Assembly: GCA_030390025.1 (NCBI GenBank)
Contig: CM059437.1
Coordinates: 54,374,001 to 54,438,000 of the forward strand
Reading direction: 5' to 3'
DNA: 64,000 nucleotides
From: Squalus acanthias
Lineage: Eukaryota
Shown here: piece by piece, positions 35,424 through 49,877 of the stretch
Position numbering within the stretch: the stretch's first letter is position 1
Layout: the number at the start of each line of letters is the position of its first letter
The notes under the pieces: model-generated
What the model saw: the letters and a program-made list of their open reading frames with translations, nothing else
The model's database searches: none
What the model was told of the DNA's origin: nothing
Made by a program: the position numbers and the translations under genes

Positions 35424-37368
35424 ATTTATGATTGGAGACGGCCATATCCTGTCTGATAGAGTTCTTAATTGTTAATAAATTTGTTAATTTATTTATCGGT
35501 CAGTAAAAAAGTATAACGCTACAGTTAATCCGAGAGATTCAAACGGCATTTTTATTGGGATAGTTAGCTACAGGCTGTAGAAAAGGCGCTGCGTTGTTTA
35601 TAATTTCTTCCATTCAATTTACATCTGGTGCAAGTTAAACTTAAAAAACAATTTTAGCAGAGTAGGAGATTATACTTTCAAACTATTTACACGTCTGGCG
35701 GTGGGTTTGTATGAATTGGTAACTTTCTCACGTCTGGATCAGAACGTTTTAGATTCAAGCCCCTTTTCCAGGCGTAACACCGGAACATAGGAACAGGAGA
35801 ACACGAGGGAGTCCCTTGAGGCTGTTCCAACATTCCATTTGATCATGGCTGATATGTACCTCCACTCCATTTATCAGCCTTTGTTCCCTATCCCTTGATA
35901 CCATTAGCCTACAAAAATCTATCGACCTCAGTCCTGAAGATCTCATTTCACCCAACAGCCACAACCGTTTTGGGGCAGGGAGTTTCAGATTTCCACCACC
36001 CTTTGTGTGAAAGAGTGCTTCCTGGTTTCATTCCTTAATGCCCTAGCTCTAATTTTAAGACCTTGCCTTCTTGTTCTGGATTCCCCATCAGAGGAAATAG
36101 TGATATGAAGGGAGTGCGGCATTGAAGGAAAGGCCTTCCTTTCGATAACGTCATTAAGAGACGTTCCACATTCCTGTTCAAGGGGACGTTCACGATCCCG
36201 TTGCCTTATTCAAGGGGCAGCAGAAAATCACAGCCCATAACCACACCCCCGCCTCAATCATTGCCTTAAAGGAAAGGGATTTGTGTCTGTAGCTTCTTGC
36301 TTTGTTTAAGTTTACTATCATTGCGCATCAAAGTAATATAAGTGAAAACTGATGTGGTGCTATATAATGCTACTCGTTATTCTTTTTACACTAACATAAA
36401 CAAGTAGAAGCAGCTGATCTTTCTGCAGCAGATGGTTCCTCGCCTGACTAGGCAGCTAAAAGCCGAAATACTGGGTAGCGATTACATCAAACAACGTCTC
36501 AAGCGTGACTCTGCCAGGTGCAATTGTAACCCCAGCATTCAAATTATAGCCGGTTGAAAAGAAATGAACAGATTGGAGCTCTGAATCATTGAACATGTTG
36601 GGCGGTGACTTAATAGAGATCTTTAAATTTATGAAAGGTTTTGATAGTGGAGACGTAGGAAAAACGTTTCCACTTGAGGGTTAGTCCAAAACCAGGGGTC
36701 ATCAATATTAGATTGTCACTAATAAATACAAGAAATAATTCAGGAGAAACTTCTTTACCCAGAGACTGGTTAGAATGTGGAACTTGCTGCCACATGGAGC
36801 AGTTGAGGCGAAAAGCTGAAATGCCTTTAAGGGGAAACTCGATAAGTACATGAGGGAAAAAGGGATCGAAGGATATGCAGATAGGGTTAGATGAAGTAGA
36901 GTGGGAGGATGCTCGAGTGGAGAATGAACACCGGCACAGACCAGTTGGGCCGAATGGCCTGTTTCTATGCTGGATAGTCTATGTAATTCCATGTAATAAT
37001 CGAAGAAAGTTTGGCGCCGATGAGCGTGATTATTCTTGCATCGTAATATTCTCAATATGTTTGGACTACAGTTTAAATAAAGAAAAACTATGATCTTCAG
37101 GTTTAATCCAAATAAGAGTGAATAGTCGTTCAGGTTTTTTTCTCGATGCACGGAGCTCTCGGTTTTTCTTAAATTCGTTATATCGTTTTATCGATCAACG
37201 GACACTATGTCATCAGTTAAATAACATTACTAATCTCTCATTGTAACATTCTTAAGCTTGTAAAGTGGTCCCAAATATAAAACGTTGAAAAAGTAAAACG
37301 TTGAATTTCGACTTTTCACATCCAATTCAGAGTGGATCTTCACAGGTTGTTTCTACTTTTCTTTGTAG

Positions 37369-37691
37369 AACCGCGGGCTCCGTCGGTGACCGTCCTTCCG
37401 CCTTCATTGGATCAAATCGCAGCAAAGACCACGGCGACCCTGGTGTGTTTGGTGAACGGCTTTAAACCGGGTTCTGTGGAGATTGAGTGGACTGTAGATG
37501 GCAGTGTCAGAGGCAATGGTGTTGAGACCAGTCGGATCCAGCAGGAGACGGACAACACGTTCAGTGTGAGCAGTTATCTGACTCTGCCAGCCTCAGAGTG
37601 GAACTCACACGAGCTTTACACCTGTGTGGTTAAACACGAGACTCAGGCAAATCCGCTTCAAACAAGTATCGCCAGATCGAGTTGTATCTGA
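37369..37691 (+). CDS. IGL: Ig light chain constant exon C2 (intact, canonical ..SSCI end)
   Basis: TTTGTAG acceptor; PRAPSVTVLPPS..LVC..YTC..SIARSSCI*; its partner VJ2 is disabled. Confidence 0.92.
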
Positions 37692-38490
37692 TTCAAGAAT
37701 CTTATGTATTCGACTAATATACCATCAGTAAACGTTCTTTGAACAAAGTTCGAAATTAAAGATTATTTTTTTTTTGTTTAGTTGCTGTATTTCAAGTTAT
37801 AACAATAAATATGCAGTTAGTTTGTTTGCTAGATTCCACTGGGTGAACCCAAGAGTGTGCTGAGTCTGCAGTCATCACACCTTTACTGTCTCATTGCAGT
37901 GAAATAAAATTATTGTTCCACTGTCTCAGATGATGTTATTCTTTTCTTGCTTTAATTCTCTCCGAATTTATGACCATTTTTAAAACGTTCAGATCTCGAG
38001 GTTCCACTCTTTGTAAACGTTTTCAAATTTACATAAAGTTGCCAAACTCTCGATCGAAATAGCGGTTTTACAGAACGGATGGGTGATCGTGTCGAAATAT
38101 AACAACCTATAAAATGCTCAATTCGGTTTGTATATTGATTGAAATACATTGCGTCTGTGATTGCGTTTATGATTCTTCCTTTTTCTGAATGATCTCGGTG
38201 AGCAACTACATAAATACCAAATAACGTTGTATCATACCCGTTGGAAAAGATAAATCTTAATCAGAGTTCCAGCAGAATGCGAATAGAACCTGAATTGAAA
38301 AGAGAACGCATAGAATCATAGAATGATGCCGCACGGAAGGAGGCCATTCGGCCCATCGGGCTTGTGCTGGCTCTTTGGAAGAGCTTGTCCAATAGTCCCA
38401 CTCTCCTGCTCTTTCCCCATAGCCCTGCAATTTTCTCCTCTTCAAGTATTTCAGCGCCATCTCTGAATTCATGCTACAAGTAGTTAAAGC

Positions 38491-41400
38491 GTAAAAAACT
38501 GTTGAGGGGGATGACTCACCAGGGGAGTGCAGCAGCAGCCAACTTCCTGGTACCAGGGTTGATTCTGTTGCTCAGAAAGGGAGGAAAAAGAGTGGGAGCG
38601 CAATAGTGGTAGGGGATTCTATCGTAAGGGGAACAGATAGGCGTTTCTGTGTCCGTAAACGTGACTCCAGGATGGTTTGTTGCCTCCCTGGGGCCAGGGT
38701 CATGGATGTCACTGAGCGGCGACAGGGCATTCTTAAGGGGGAGGGGTAGCAGGCAGAGGTCGTGGTTCACATTGAGACCAACGACATAGGTAGGAAGGGG
38801 GATGAGGTCCTGCATCAAGAATTTAGGGAGCTAGGCAGCAGATTAAAGAGCAGGACCTCAAAGGTTGTAATCTCTGGATTACTCCCAGTGCCACGTGCTA
38901 GTGAGTATAGGAATAGGTGGATAGAACAGATGAATGCGTGGCTAAAGAGTTGGTGCAGGAGGGAAGGTTTTAGTTTCCTGGATCACTGGGCCTGCTTCTG
39001 GGGAAGGTGGGACTTTTACAAGTCGGACGGTTTGCACCTGAACCAGAGCGGGACAAATATCCTTGCGGGGAGGTTTGCTAGCACTGTTGGGGGAGGTTTA
39101 AACTAACTTGGCAGGGGGATGGGATACAGAGTGGAGCTACAATAGGGGGTGACGTACAGTCAAATATAGAGAAAAAAACAAGTCAGCTTGGAAGACACGG
39201 CAAACATGTAAGAGCAAGGCTGGAAGGCATCTATTTTAATGCAAGGAGTCTAGCGAATAAGGTGGATGAACTGAAGGTGTTGATAAACACATGGGAGTAT
39301 GATATTGTTGTTATCACGGAGACATGGTTGAGGGAGGGGCAAGACTGGCAGCTCAATATTCCGGGGTACAGAATCTTCAGGCGAGACAGAGGGGGAGGTA
39401 TAAGAGGAGGGGGTGTCGCAATATTAATTAAAGAATCAATTACTGCCATAAGGAGGGATGATATATTAGCAGGTACCTCCAATGAGGCTATATGGCTGGA
39501 GCTTAAAAACAAAAAGGGGGCAAGCACTTTGCTGGTAGCGTACTATAGGCCCCCAAACAGTCAGGGGGAGATAGAGGAACAGATATGTAGGCAAATCTCA
39601 GAGAAATGTGCAAATAATAGGGTAATAATAATGGGGGACTTCCACTTCCCCAATATTAACTGGGATAGTCAGAGTGTGAAAGGCTTAGAGGGTTCAAAAT
39701 TCTTAAAGTGCATCCAGGAGAGCTTTTTGAGCCAGCATGTAGAAAGTCCTACAAGAGAGGGGGCGGTACTGGACCTAATTCTAGGGAATGTGGCCGGCCA
39801 AGTGGAAGAAGTGCTAGTAGGTGAGCACTTTGGTGACAGTGACCATAATACGGTGAGATTTAAGGTGGTCATGGAAAAGGACAGGGATGGGCCGGAAATA
39901 AAGGTTCTAAATTGGGGGAAGGTCGATTTTAATAGGATAAGGCAGGATCTGGCCAAAATTGACTGGGATCAGCAGCTTGTAGGAAAATCCGCATCGGAGC
40001 AATGGGATTCTTTCAAAAGAGAGATTGAGATCATACAATGGCAGCATGTTCCCGTAAAGGTCAAGGGTGGTTCCAAAAACCCCAGGGAACCTTGGATGTC
40101 AGGGGATATACGAGAATGGATCAGGAAAAAAAGGAGGGCTTTTGGCAGATACAAAATGCTAAAGACAGAGGAAGCCCTAGAGGAGTACAAAAAGTGCAGG
40201 GGGATACTTAAAAAAGAAATTAGGAGATCAAGGAGGGGCCAGAAAATAACACTGGCGAGCAAAATAAAGGAGAATCCTAAGATGTTTTATAAGTATATTA
40301 AGGGTAAGAGGATAACTAGGGAAAAAATAGGGCCCATTAGGGACAAAAGTGGCAATCTGTGTGTGGAGCCGGAAGATGTAGGTGGGGTTCTAAATGAATT
40401 TTTTGCATCTGTTTTCACTATGGAGAAGGACGATGCAGACATAAAATTAGGGCAGGGGGACTGTGATATACTCGAACATTTTAACATCGAGAGGGAGGAG
40501 GTATTGGCGGTTTTAGCAGGTCTAAAATGGATAAATCCCCAGGTCCGGACGAAATGTATCCCAGGCTACTATGTGAGGCAAAGGAGGAGATTGCGGGGGC
40601 TCTAACACATATATTCAGAACCTCTCTCGCCACAGGGTATGTGCCAGAGGACTGGAGAACCGCTAATATAGTACCATTATTCAAGAAAGGGAGTAGGGAA
40701 AAACCGGGGAACTACAGGCCAGTGAGCCTAACATCAGTGGTAGGAAAATTATTGGAAAAAATTCTGAGGGACAAAATTAGTCTCCACTTGGAGAGGCAAG
40801 GATTAATCATGGTTAGCCAACATGGCTTTGTCAAGGGAAGATCATGTCTGACTAATCTGATTGAATTTTTTGAGGGGGTGACTAGGTGTGTGGATGAGGG
40901 TAACGCAGTGGATGTGGTATACATGGATTTCAGTAAGGCCTTCGATAAAGTCCCGCACAGGAGACTGGTCAAGAATGTAAGAGCCCATGGAATCCAGGGT
41001 GCCTTGGCACATTGGATACAAAACTGGCTCAGTGGCAGAAGGCAGAGGGTGATGGTCGAAGGTTGTTTTTGTGACTGGAAGCCTGTGGCCAGTGGGGTAC
41101 CAGAGGGATCGGTGCTGGGTCCCTTGCTGTTTGTGGTCTACATTAACGACTTGGATATGAATGTAAAAGGTATGATCAGTAAGTTCGCGGATGATACAAA
41201 AATTGGTAGGGTGGTAAATAGCGAGGAGGGTAGCCTCAGTCTGCAGGACGATATAGATGGGTTGGTCAGATGGGCGGAACAGTGGCAAATGGAATTTAAT
41301 CCGGAAAAGTGCGAGGTGATGCACTTTGGAGGGACTAACAAGGCAAGGGAATACACAATGAATGGTAAGACCCTAGGCAAGACAGAGGGTCAGAGGGATC

Positions 41401-42110
41401 TTGGTGTGCAAGTACACAGATCCCTGAAGGCGGCGGAACAGGTGGATAAGGTGGAAAAAAAAGGCATATGGGATATTTGCATTCATTAGCCGAGGCATAG
41501 AATATAAGAGCAAGGAGGTTATGATGGAGCTGTATAAAACACTGGTTAGGCCACATCTGGAATACTGTGTGCAGACTGGTCGCCACACTACAGGAAGGAT
41601 GTGATCACTTTGGAGAGGGTGCAGAGGAGATTCACCAGAATGTTACCCGGGCTGGAGTGCTTCAGCTATGAAGAGAGACTGGGCAGATTGGGTTTGTTTT
41701 CCTTGGAGCAGAGGAGGCTGAGGGGGGACATGATTGAGGTGTACAAAATTATGAGGGGCATAGATAGGATGGATACTAAGGAGCTTTTTCCCTTAGTAGA
41801 GGGGTCTATAACAAGGGGGCATAGATTCAAGGTAAAGGGCGGGAGGTTTAGAAGGGATTTGAGAAAGAACTTTTTCATCCAGAGGGTGGTTGGAGTCTGG
41901 AACTCACTGCCTGAAAGGGTTGTGGAGGCAGGAACCCTCACAACATTCAAGAAGCATTTGGATGAGCACTTGAAATGCCATAGCATACAAGGCTACGGAC
42001 CAAATGCTGGAATATGGGATGAGATTAGACAGGGCTTGATGGCCGGCGCGGACACGATGGGCCGAAGGGCCTCTATCCGTGCTGTATAACTCTATGACTC
42101 TATGACTCTA
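38491..42110 (+). mobile_element. Large CR1 LINE (ORF1 esterase part plus ORF2), frameshifted
   Basis: ORFs 38762-39106 (DGLHLN), 39262-40605 (APE), 40527-41489 (RT, FADD) and 41601-42089; (TATGACTC)n tail; absent from the paralogous flank near 15600. Confidence 0.95.
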
Positions 42111-45100
42111 AACATCCACATGTTAGAGTTAATTTTGAATTCATTTTAATTGCATTGACCAGACGCATAAGAACAGGAACAGTACAAATACCCCTTTTTG
42201 TGCAAAATGCTTAGCGAACCAAAGGTATCGCTGTGGAGTGTTAGAAGGTGTACATAGATAACGGCAAAATTAGGATAACTTGATATGACCAGAATGCATT
42301 ATGGCTGAATGCCTTGAGAATTAGTAATGTTATTATAGGACCAACAAGATTAGGGATAATAGAAAAATGCATGACTGAGCTCATCAAAGCCATGTAAGAA
42401 AAAAGGCGTAAGAGATCTTGAGCTAAAAAGAACTAGAACAAGGGATACAAAGACAGCAGTTGAGATGGAGTTCCAAGGGTAGAACTATTACAACTCAGTT
42501 CAGATATGCCTGTTTGCTAACCTGTATAAATATGAATGATCAGCAACAACGTTCAGTCTTAGCGCTGCAAATTGCCATGAACAGTATCCAAATAGACATT
42601 CTACTTCTGAGTTAATAGACGTATATTAGTTACTTGCAGTCTTAGTACTTTCTCAAATATCAATAAACATCAGTCAATGTATCCCTTACTCATGCGTCTT
42701 AGAATCTGTTAAATACTGCTTATACAACAATTTTTGCAACTTGTAGCAAGACTCTAAGCAATGCGTATCTGACCAGCGATCCAGGACTGATCAACCCGGA
42801 GCCAACCCCAACGTGTATTAAAGGGAATTCAGGAATAACAAATGAAGTTGACGTTAATAATAAAAAGACATTTTGGATGGAGAAGGTCATATCCTGTCTT
42901 GTATAGTTCTATATTTTAAATGAAACTGGGAAATATTGACTGAAGAGACATTAGCTTAATTAGGTCAAATGATGCATCCTGGGTAACTACGATCCCCTGG
43001 AGCTTCCTTGATCCCCTTCAACAGTTTCAGAGAAATTTCCCAGAGCATTCCCGGAATTGGTCACGTGTTTTTCGCTGTTTTGACTCCCCAGAAGATGACA
43101 ATACGGGAGGGTGCATGAGTGGATATCCTCAGCAACTAACGGTCTGAAACTCCTTTCCCATCTTTCTATTTGTATATTTGAAGCATTGCAATAAGAATCA
43201 GTGTTTGAACCCGCGCCGATATTTTAACCACTGAAAGACTTCGACTTCGACTCCGCTTTATTTTGTATGAATAGAACCGCGGGATCAGCATTCGAATTTT
43301 TATTTAATTCTGTCAGTAAAAAAGTATAACCCGGCAGTTAATCCGAGAGACTAAAAGGGCATTTTTATTGGGATATTTAGCTACAGGCTGTAGTAAAGAC
43401 GTTTTGTTGTATTATAAATTGTTTCATTCAACTTACATCTGATGCAAGTTAAATTTAGAAGACAATTTTAACAGAGTAGGTGATTATACTTTCAAACTAT
43501 TTACACGTCTGGCGGTTGTTTTGTCTCAGTTGGGAACTTTCTCACGTCTGGATCAGAACGTTGTAGATTTAAGCCCTCTTTCCAGGCGTTACATCGGAAC
43601 ATATGAACAGGAGAACACTATGTAGCCCATTGAGCCTGTTCCACCATTCTATTAGATCATGGCAGATATGTAACTCAACTCCATCTATCCGCCTTTGCTC
43701 CCTATCCCTTGATACCCTTAGAGTACAAAAATCCATCGATCTCAGTCGTGAAACTCTCAATTTACCCAACACCCACAAACTTTTTGGGGCAGGGGATTTC
43801 AGATTTCCACCACCCTCTGTATGAAAGAGTGCTTCCTGGTTTCACTCCTTAATTCCCTAGCTCTAATTGTAATACCTTGGCTTCTTGTTCTGGATTCCCC
43901 CACCAGAGGAAATAGTGATATGGAGGGAGTGCGGCATTGAAGGAAATGCCTTCCTTTGGATAACGCCATTAAGAGGAGTTCCACATTCCTGTTCAAGCGG
44001 ACGTTCACGATCCCATTGCATTATTCGAGGAACAGCAGAAAATCACATCCCATACTCGTTTCAATCATTGCCTTAAAAGAAAGGGATTTGCGTCTGTAGC
44101 TTCGTGCTTTGTTTAAGCTTACTATCACTACGCTTCAAAGTCGTATGTGTGAAAACTGATGTGGTGCTAGATAATGCTACTCGTTATTCTTGTTATATTA
44201 ACATAAACAAGTAGAAGCAGCTGAGCTTTCTGCAGCAGATGGTTCCTCGCCTGACTAGGCAGCTAAAAGCCGAAATACTGGGTAGCGATTATATCAAACA
44301 GTTTCCCAAGCGTGACTCTGCCAGGATGTAATTTTAGTCTCAGCATTCAAAGTATAACCGACTGAAAAGACTGAACAGAATGGGGCTCTGAAGCATTGAA
44401 CATGCTGGGTGGTGACCTGAAAGAGGTCTTTAAATTCATGAAAGCGTTTGATATTGTAGAAGTAGGAAAGATGTTTCCACTTGATGGGTAGTCCAAAACC
44501 ATGGGTCATAAATAGTTGATAGTCACTAATAAATCCAAGAAGGAATTCAGGAAAAACTTTTTTATCCAAAGAGAGTTTAGACTGTGGAACTTGCTACCAC
44601 ATACAGCAGATGAAGCGAAATGCCTTTAAGGGGAAGCAAGATAAGTACATGAGGGATAAACGGATGGAAGGATATGCAGATAGGGTTAGATGAATTAGTG
44701 TGGGAGGAGGCTCGTGTGGAGCATGAACACCGACATAGATCAGTTGGGTGGAATGGCCTGTTTCTGTACTCCACATTCTATGTAATTCCATGTAAAAATC
44801 TAAGAAAGTGTGGCGCCGTTTAGCGTTATTAAACTTGCACCGAAATATTCTTAATATGTTTGGACTACATATTAAAAGAAAATTTAAAGAAAGAAAAACT
44901 ATGATCTCCTGTTTTAATCCAAATAAGAGTGAATAGTCTTTCAGTTTTATATTTTTTCTCGATGCACGGAGCCCTCGGTTTTTCTTCAATTCGTTATATA
45001 GTTTTCTAAATCAACGGACCCTAAGTGATTAGTTAAAGAACGTTATTACTCTCCCATTTTAACAATTTTAAGCTGGTACAGACGTACCAAATTTAAAACT

Positions 45101-45184
45101 GTGAGAAAGTAAACGGTTGAATGCAGACTCTTTACATCCAATTCAGAGTGGATCTTCACAGGCTGTTCCTACTTTGCTTTTTAG

Positions 45185-45507
45185 ATCCGCGGGCCCCCTC
45201 GGTGACCGTCCTTCCGCCTTCACCGGATCAAATCAGGGAAAAGAACACGGCGACCCTGGTGTGTCTGGTGAAACGCTTCAACCCGGGCGCTGTGGAGATT
45301 GAGTGGACTGTAGATGGTTGTGTCAGAGGGAATGGTGTTGAGACCAGTCGGATCAAGCAGGAGACGGACAACACATTCAGTGTGAGCAGTTATCTGACTC
45401 TACCAGCCTCAGAGTGGAACTCACATGAGCTTTACACCTGTGTGGTTAAACACGAGACTCAGGCAAACCCGCTTGAAACAAGTATCTCCAGATCCAGCTG
45501 TATCTGA
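45185..45507 (+). CDS. IGL: Orphan Ig light chain constant exon C3 (no own L/V/J)
   Basis: Differs from C1 at only 4 nt; intact acceptor and ORF ending ..SRSSCI*; no V or J between 37691 and 45185. Confidence 0.88.
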
Positions 45508-47122
45508 TAGAGTAATCTTATGTATTCGTCTAATATACCATCAGCAAACTTTCTTTGAACAAAGTTCGAAAGTAAAGGTTAGATCTTTTTGGTTTAATTG
45601 CTGTATTTCAAGTTATAGCAATAAATATGCAGTTAGTTTGTTTGCTTGATTCCACTAGGTGTACCCAAGAGTGTGCTGACTCTGCAGTCATCATACCTTT
45701 ACTGTCTCATTGCAGTGTAATAAAATTATTGTTCCACTGTCTCAGATGATATTATTCTTTCCTTGCTTTAATTCTCTCCGAATTTATGATCATTTTTAAA
45801 ACGTCCAAATCTCGAGATCCACTCTTTGTAGACATTTGCAAATTTTCATAAAACTGCCAAACTCTCAGTAGAAATAAAGATTTAACAGAACGGATGAGTG
45901 ACGGGTCGAACTATAACAACGTATAAAATGCTAAATTCGGTTTGTACATTAATTGAACTACATTGCGACTGTGATTGCGTTTAATATTCTCCCTTTTCTG
46001 AATGACCTCGGTGAAAACTATATAAATACAAAATATCGTTGTATCATACACATTGGAAAAGATAAATCTTAATCAGAATTCCAGTAGAATAAGAATATAA
46101 ACTGAATTGAAAAGAGAACGCATAGAAACATAGAATGATGCCGCACAGAAGGAGGCCATGAGGCCCATCGGGTTTGTGCCGGCCCTTTGGAAGAGCTTGT
46201 CCAATTAGGCCCACTCCCCTGCTCTTTCCCCATAGCCCTGCTATTTCCTCCCCTTCAAGTATTTCAGCGCCATCTCTGAATTCATGCCACAAGTAGTTAA
46301 AGCACGCATCCCATGATCAGAAACATTCAGATGTTCGAATTTATTTTGAATCAATTTTAATTGCATTGATCAGAGGCATAAGAACACGAACAGTACAAAT
46401 ACCCCTTTTTGCGCAAAAGGCTTAGTGAATCAAAGGTATCGCTGTGCAGTGTTCGGTGGTGTGCACAAATAACGGCTAAATTAGGATAACTTGACATGAG
46501 CAGAATGCATTATGGATGAATGCCTTGAGAATTACTAATGTTACTATGGGACAAACTAGTTTAGGCATAATGGGAAAGTACATGAATGAACTCATCGAAG
46601 CCATGTAAGAAAACAGACATAAGAGATATTGAGATAAAGGAACTGGAATCGTCTGCTACATATAAGGTTAGAACAAGGGATACAAAGACAGCAGTTGGGA
46701 TGGAGTTCCAAGGGCAGAAATATTACAACTCTGTTCAGCTATGCCTGTTTGCTAATCTTTATAAATATGAATGATCAGCAACAAAGTTCAGTCCCAGCGC
46801 TGCAAACTGCCATGAACAGTATCGTTTGTATGTCCCAAATCGACATTCTACTTCTGCTTTCATAGACGTCTATTACTTACTTGTAGTCTTAGTGCGCTCT
46901 CAAATATCAATAAATATCAGCCAATGTATCACTTACACATGTGTCTTAGAATCTGTTATTTAATTTATATAGAACAGTTTTGGCGAACATAGAAGATAGG
47001 AGCAGGAGTAGGCCATTCGGCCCCTCGAGCCTGTTCCAACGTTTAATGAGATCATGGCTGATCATCCAAATTCAGTACCCAGTCCCTGCTTTCTCCCCAT
47101 ATCCCTTGATCCTTCTAGCCTT

Positions 47123-47290
47123 GTGTAACCGCGGCTCCTCCAACTGTGGCCATGTGAACGGGGCTCCTGCACCTGTGGCCATCTAACTGGGGCTCCTGTT
47201 GCCGTGTAACCGGGTCTCCTGCATCTGTGGCCTTGTAACAGCGGATCCTGCACCTGTGGCAGTGTAACCGAGGCTCCTGCACATGTGGCC
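47123..47290. repeat. 29-bp minisatellite, 6 units
   Basis: Paralog of 16425-16650. Confidence 0.9.
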
Positions 47291-47295
47291 TGATT

Positions 47296-48058
47296 AGAAA
47301 CATAGAAACATAGAAGATAGGAGCAGGAATAGGCCATTCGGCCCCTCGAGCCTGCACCACCATTCAATGCGATCATGGCTGATCATCCAAATTCAGTACC
47401 CTGTCCCTGCTTTCTCCCCATATCCCTTGGTCCCTTTAGCCTTAAGAAATATATCTAACTCCTTCTTGAATATATTTAATGAATTGGCCTAAACTGCCTT
47501 CTGTGGTAGAGAATTCCACATGTTCACCACTGCCTGGGTGAAGAAATTCCTCCTCATCTCAGTCCTAAATGTCTTACCCCTTATCCTTTGACTGTGACCT
47601 CTGGTTGTGGACTCCCCCACCATCGGGAGCATCCTTCCTGCATCTAGTCTGTCTACTCCTGTTAGAATTTTATCAGTTTCAATGAGATCCCCTCTCATTC
47701 TTCTAAACTCTAGCGAATATAAACGTAATCGACCCAATCTCTCTTCATACGTCATTCCTGCCATCATATCAGTCTGGTGAATCTGCGCTGCACTCCCTTC
47801 ATGGCAAGAACATCCTTTCTCAGGTAAAGCGACCAAAACTGTGCACAATACTCAAGGTGTGGTCTCACCAAGGCCCTGTACAAAAGCAGCAAGACATCCT
47901 TGCTCCTGTACTCGAATCCTCTCGCTATGAAGGCAAACATACCATTTGCTTTCTTAACCGCCTGCTGCACCTGCATACTTACCTTCAGCGACTGGTGCAC
48001 AAGGACACCCAGGTCTTGTTGCACTTCCCCTTTTCCCAATCTATTGCCGTTCAGATAT
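47296..48058 (-). mobile_element. 5'-truncated CR1, paralog of 16655-17420
   Basis: ORFs 47764-48204 and 47489-47848. Confidence 0.88.
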
Positions 48059-49877
48059 TGGGCCAGAAATTCGGGTCTCCACGGGTGAGTACGCACAGTG
48101 TACTGACCCGTAGACCCAACAAAAGTGCCAGTTTCGCGCATGCACTGTGCATGCGCTGGAAACTGCAACTTCCGTTCCCTTGAAGGAAGGGGTTCGGAGG
48201 TCAAACGCGTGCGCTGGAGAGGCAGTGCATATGCCTGGAACTTCCGGGTTTTTTTCAGGTTTCTCCGTTGGGGTAAGTCCCTGGCAGATGCGTTGAAAAA
48301 GCAGGCACAAGGCCTGCTTTTAACAAGATAAGTGGTGAATTAAGTAAAATTTACACATTTTATCCACAGGTTTATCTTTTTTAAATTTACTATAACCACC
48401 GAACTACAATTTGCACGATCATAAAGTTCAGCGTGGGATTACAGTAAAAATGATTTGCATTGAATGTACAGCGAAGAAACAGGCCCTTCGGCCCAACTGA
48501 TCTATGCCGCCTATTATGCTCCATATGAGGCTCCTCCCACCCTACGTCATTTAACCCTATCACCATATTCTTCTATTCCTTTCTTCCGCTCAAACTCATC
48601 TCATCATCTATGCTATTTGTGTCAATTTATCCTTGTGGTTGCGTGTTCCATATTCTTACCACTCTTTGGGAATTACGTTTCTCCTGAATTCCCTATTGGA
48701 TTTATTAGTGCCTATCTTATATTTCTGACCTCTGGTTTTGGACTCCCCCACAAGTGGAAAAAAATTATTTATGTCTACCCTCTCAAACTCTTTCATTATC
48801 TCAGGTCATCCCTTAGCCTTCTTTTTTCGAGAAAAAAGAGTCTCAGCCTGTTCAGCCTCTCCTGATAAGTATTTCCTCTCGGTTCTGGTATCATCCCTGT
48901 GAATAGCTTTTTGCACCTTCACCAATGCCTCTATGTCCTTTTTATAATATGGAGACCAGAAATGTGCACAGTACTCCAAGTGTGGTATAACCAAAACAAA
49001 AGCAAAATACTGTTGATGCTGGAAATCTGAAATTAAAGTAGAAAATGCTGGAAATACTCAGCAGGTCAGGCCGCATTTGTAGATAGAGAAACAGGGTTAA
49101 CATTTCAGATCGAGGATTTATCATCAGAATTGGTGAAAGTTAGAGATGTGAAAGGTTTTAAGCAAGTACAGAGGCAGGGAAAGGGGAGGGGAGGAAAGAA
49201 CTAAAAGGAAGGTCTGTTGTAGGGTGGAAGGCCAAGGTAATTAAACGACAAAACGGATGATAGTGCAAGGCCGTCGAAAATTTCCTTTGCATTATTTCCA
49301 AGACCTTGATATCCAATCTAAAGTGTGGTGTCCAGAATTGGATACAAAACTCTAGCTGAGGTCTAACCATCATTTCCTTGCTTTTCTATTCTATGCCTTT
49401 ATTTATATGCTTTTTTAAGAGCTTTATCAACTTGTCCTGCCACCTTCAAACATTTGTGTATGTGAATCCCCAGGTCTCATTCTTCCTGCACCCCCTTTGA
49501 AATTGTACCATTTAGTTTATACTATCTCTCGTCATTTTATTTCCAAAATGCATCACTTCACACTTCTCTGCATTAAAATTAATCTGTCATTAATCTGCCC
49601 AATTCACCAGTCTGTCTATTTCCTCTTGACGTCTCCTACTAGTCTCCGCATTGTTTATTACATTTCCACGCTTTGTGTACTTCCATAAATTAACCATTGG
49701 GCCAAAAATTGCGGTCGACGGCCTCCCTCCGGAGTACGCTGCCGACCTGCGAAAAGAACACACAGCCACCGAAGGTGGCCCTCCTGCAGAAACTTGCGCT
49801 CGGACGCTGCGAGTCGGAGGGTAGTGGCTGCGTCCCTGGGATCACGTAGGCTTCGTCCTCCAATCAGAAAACAGATT

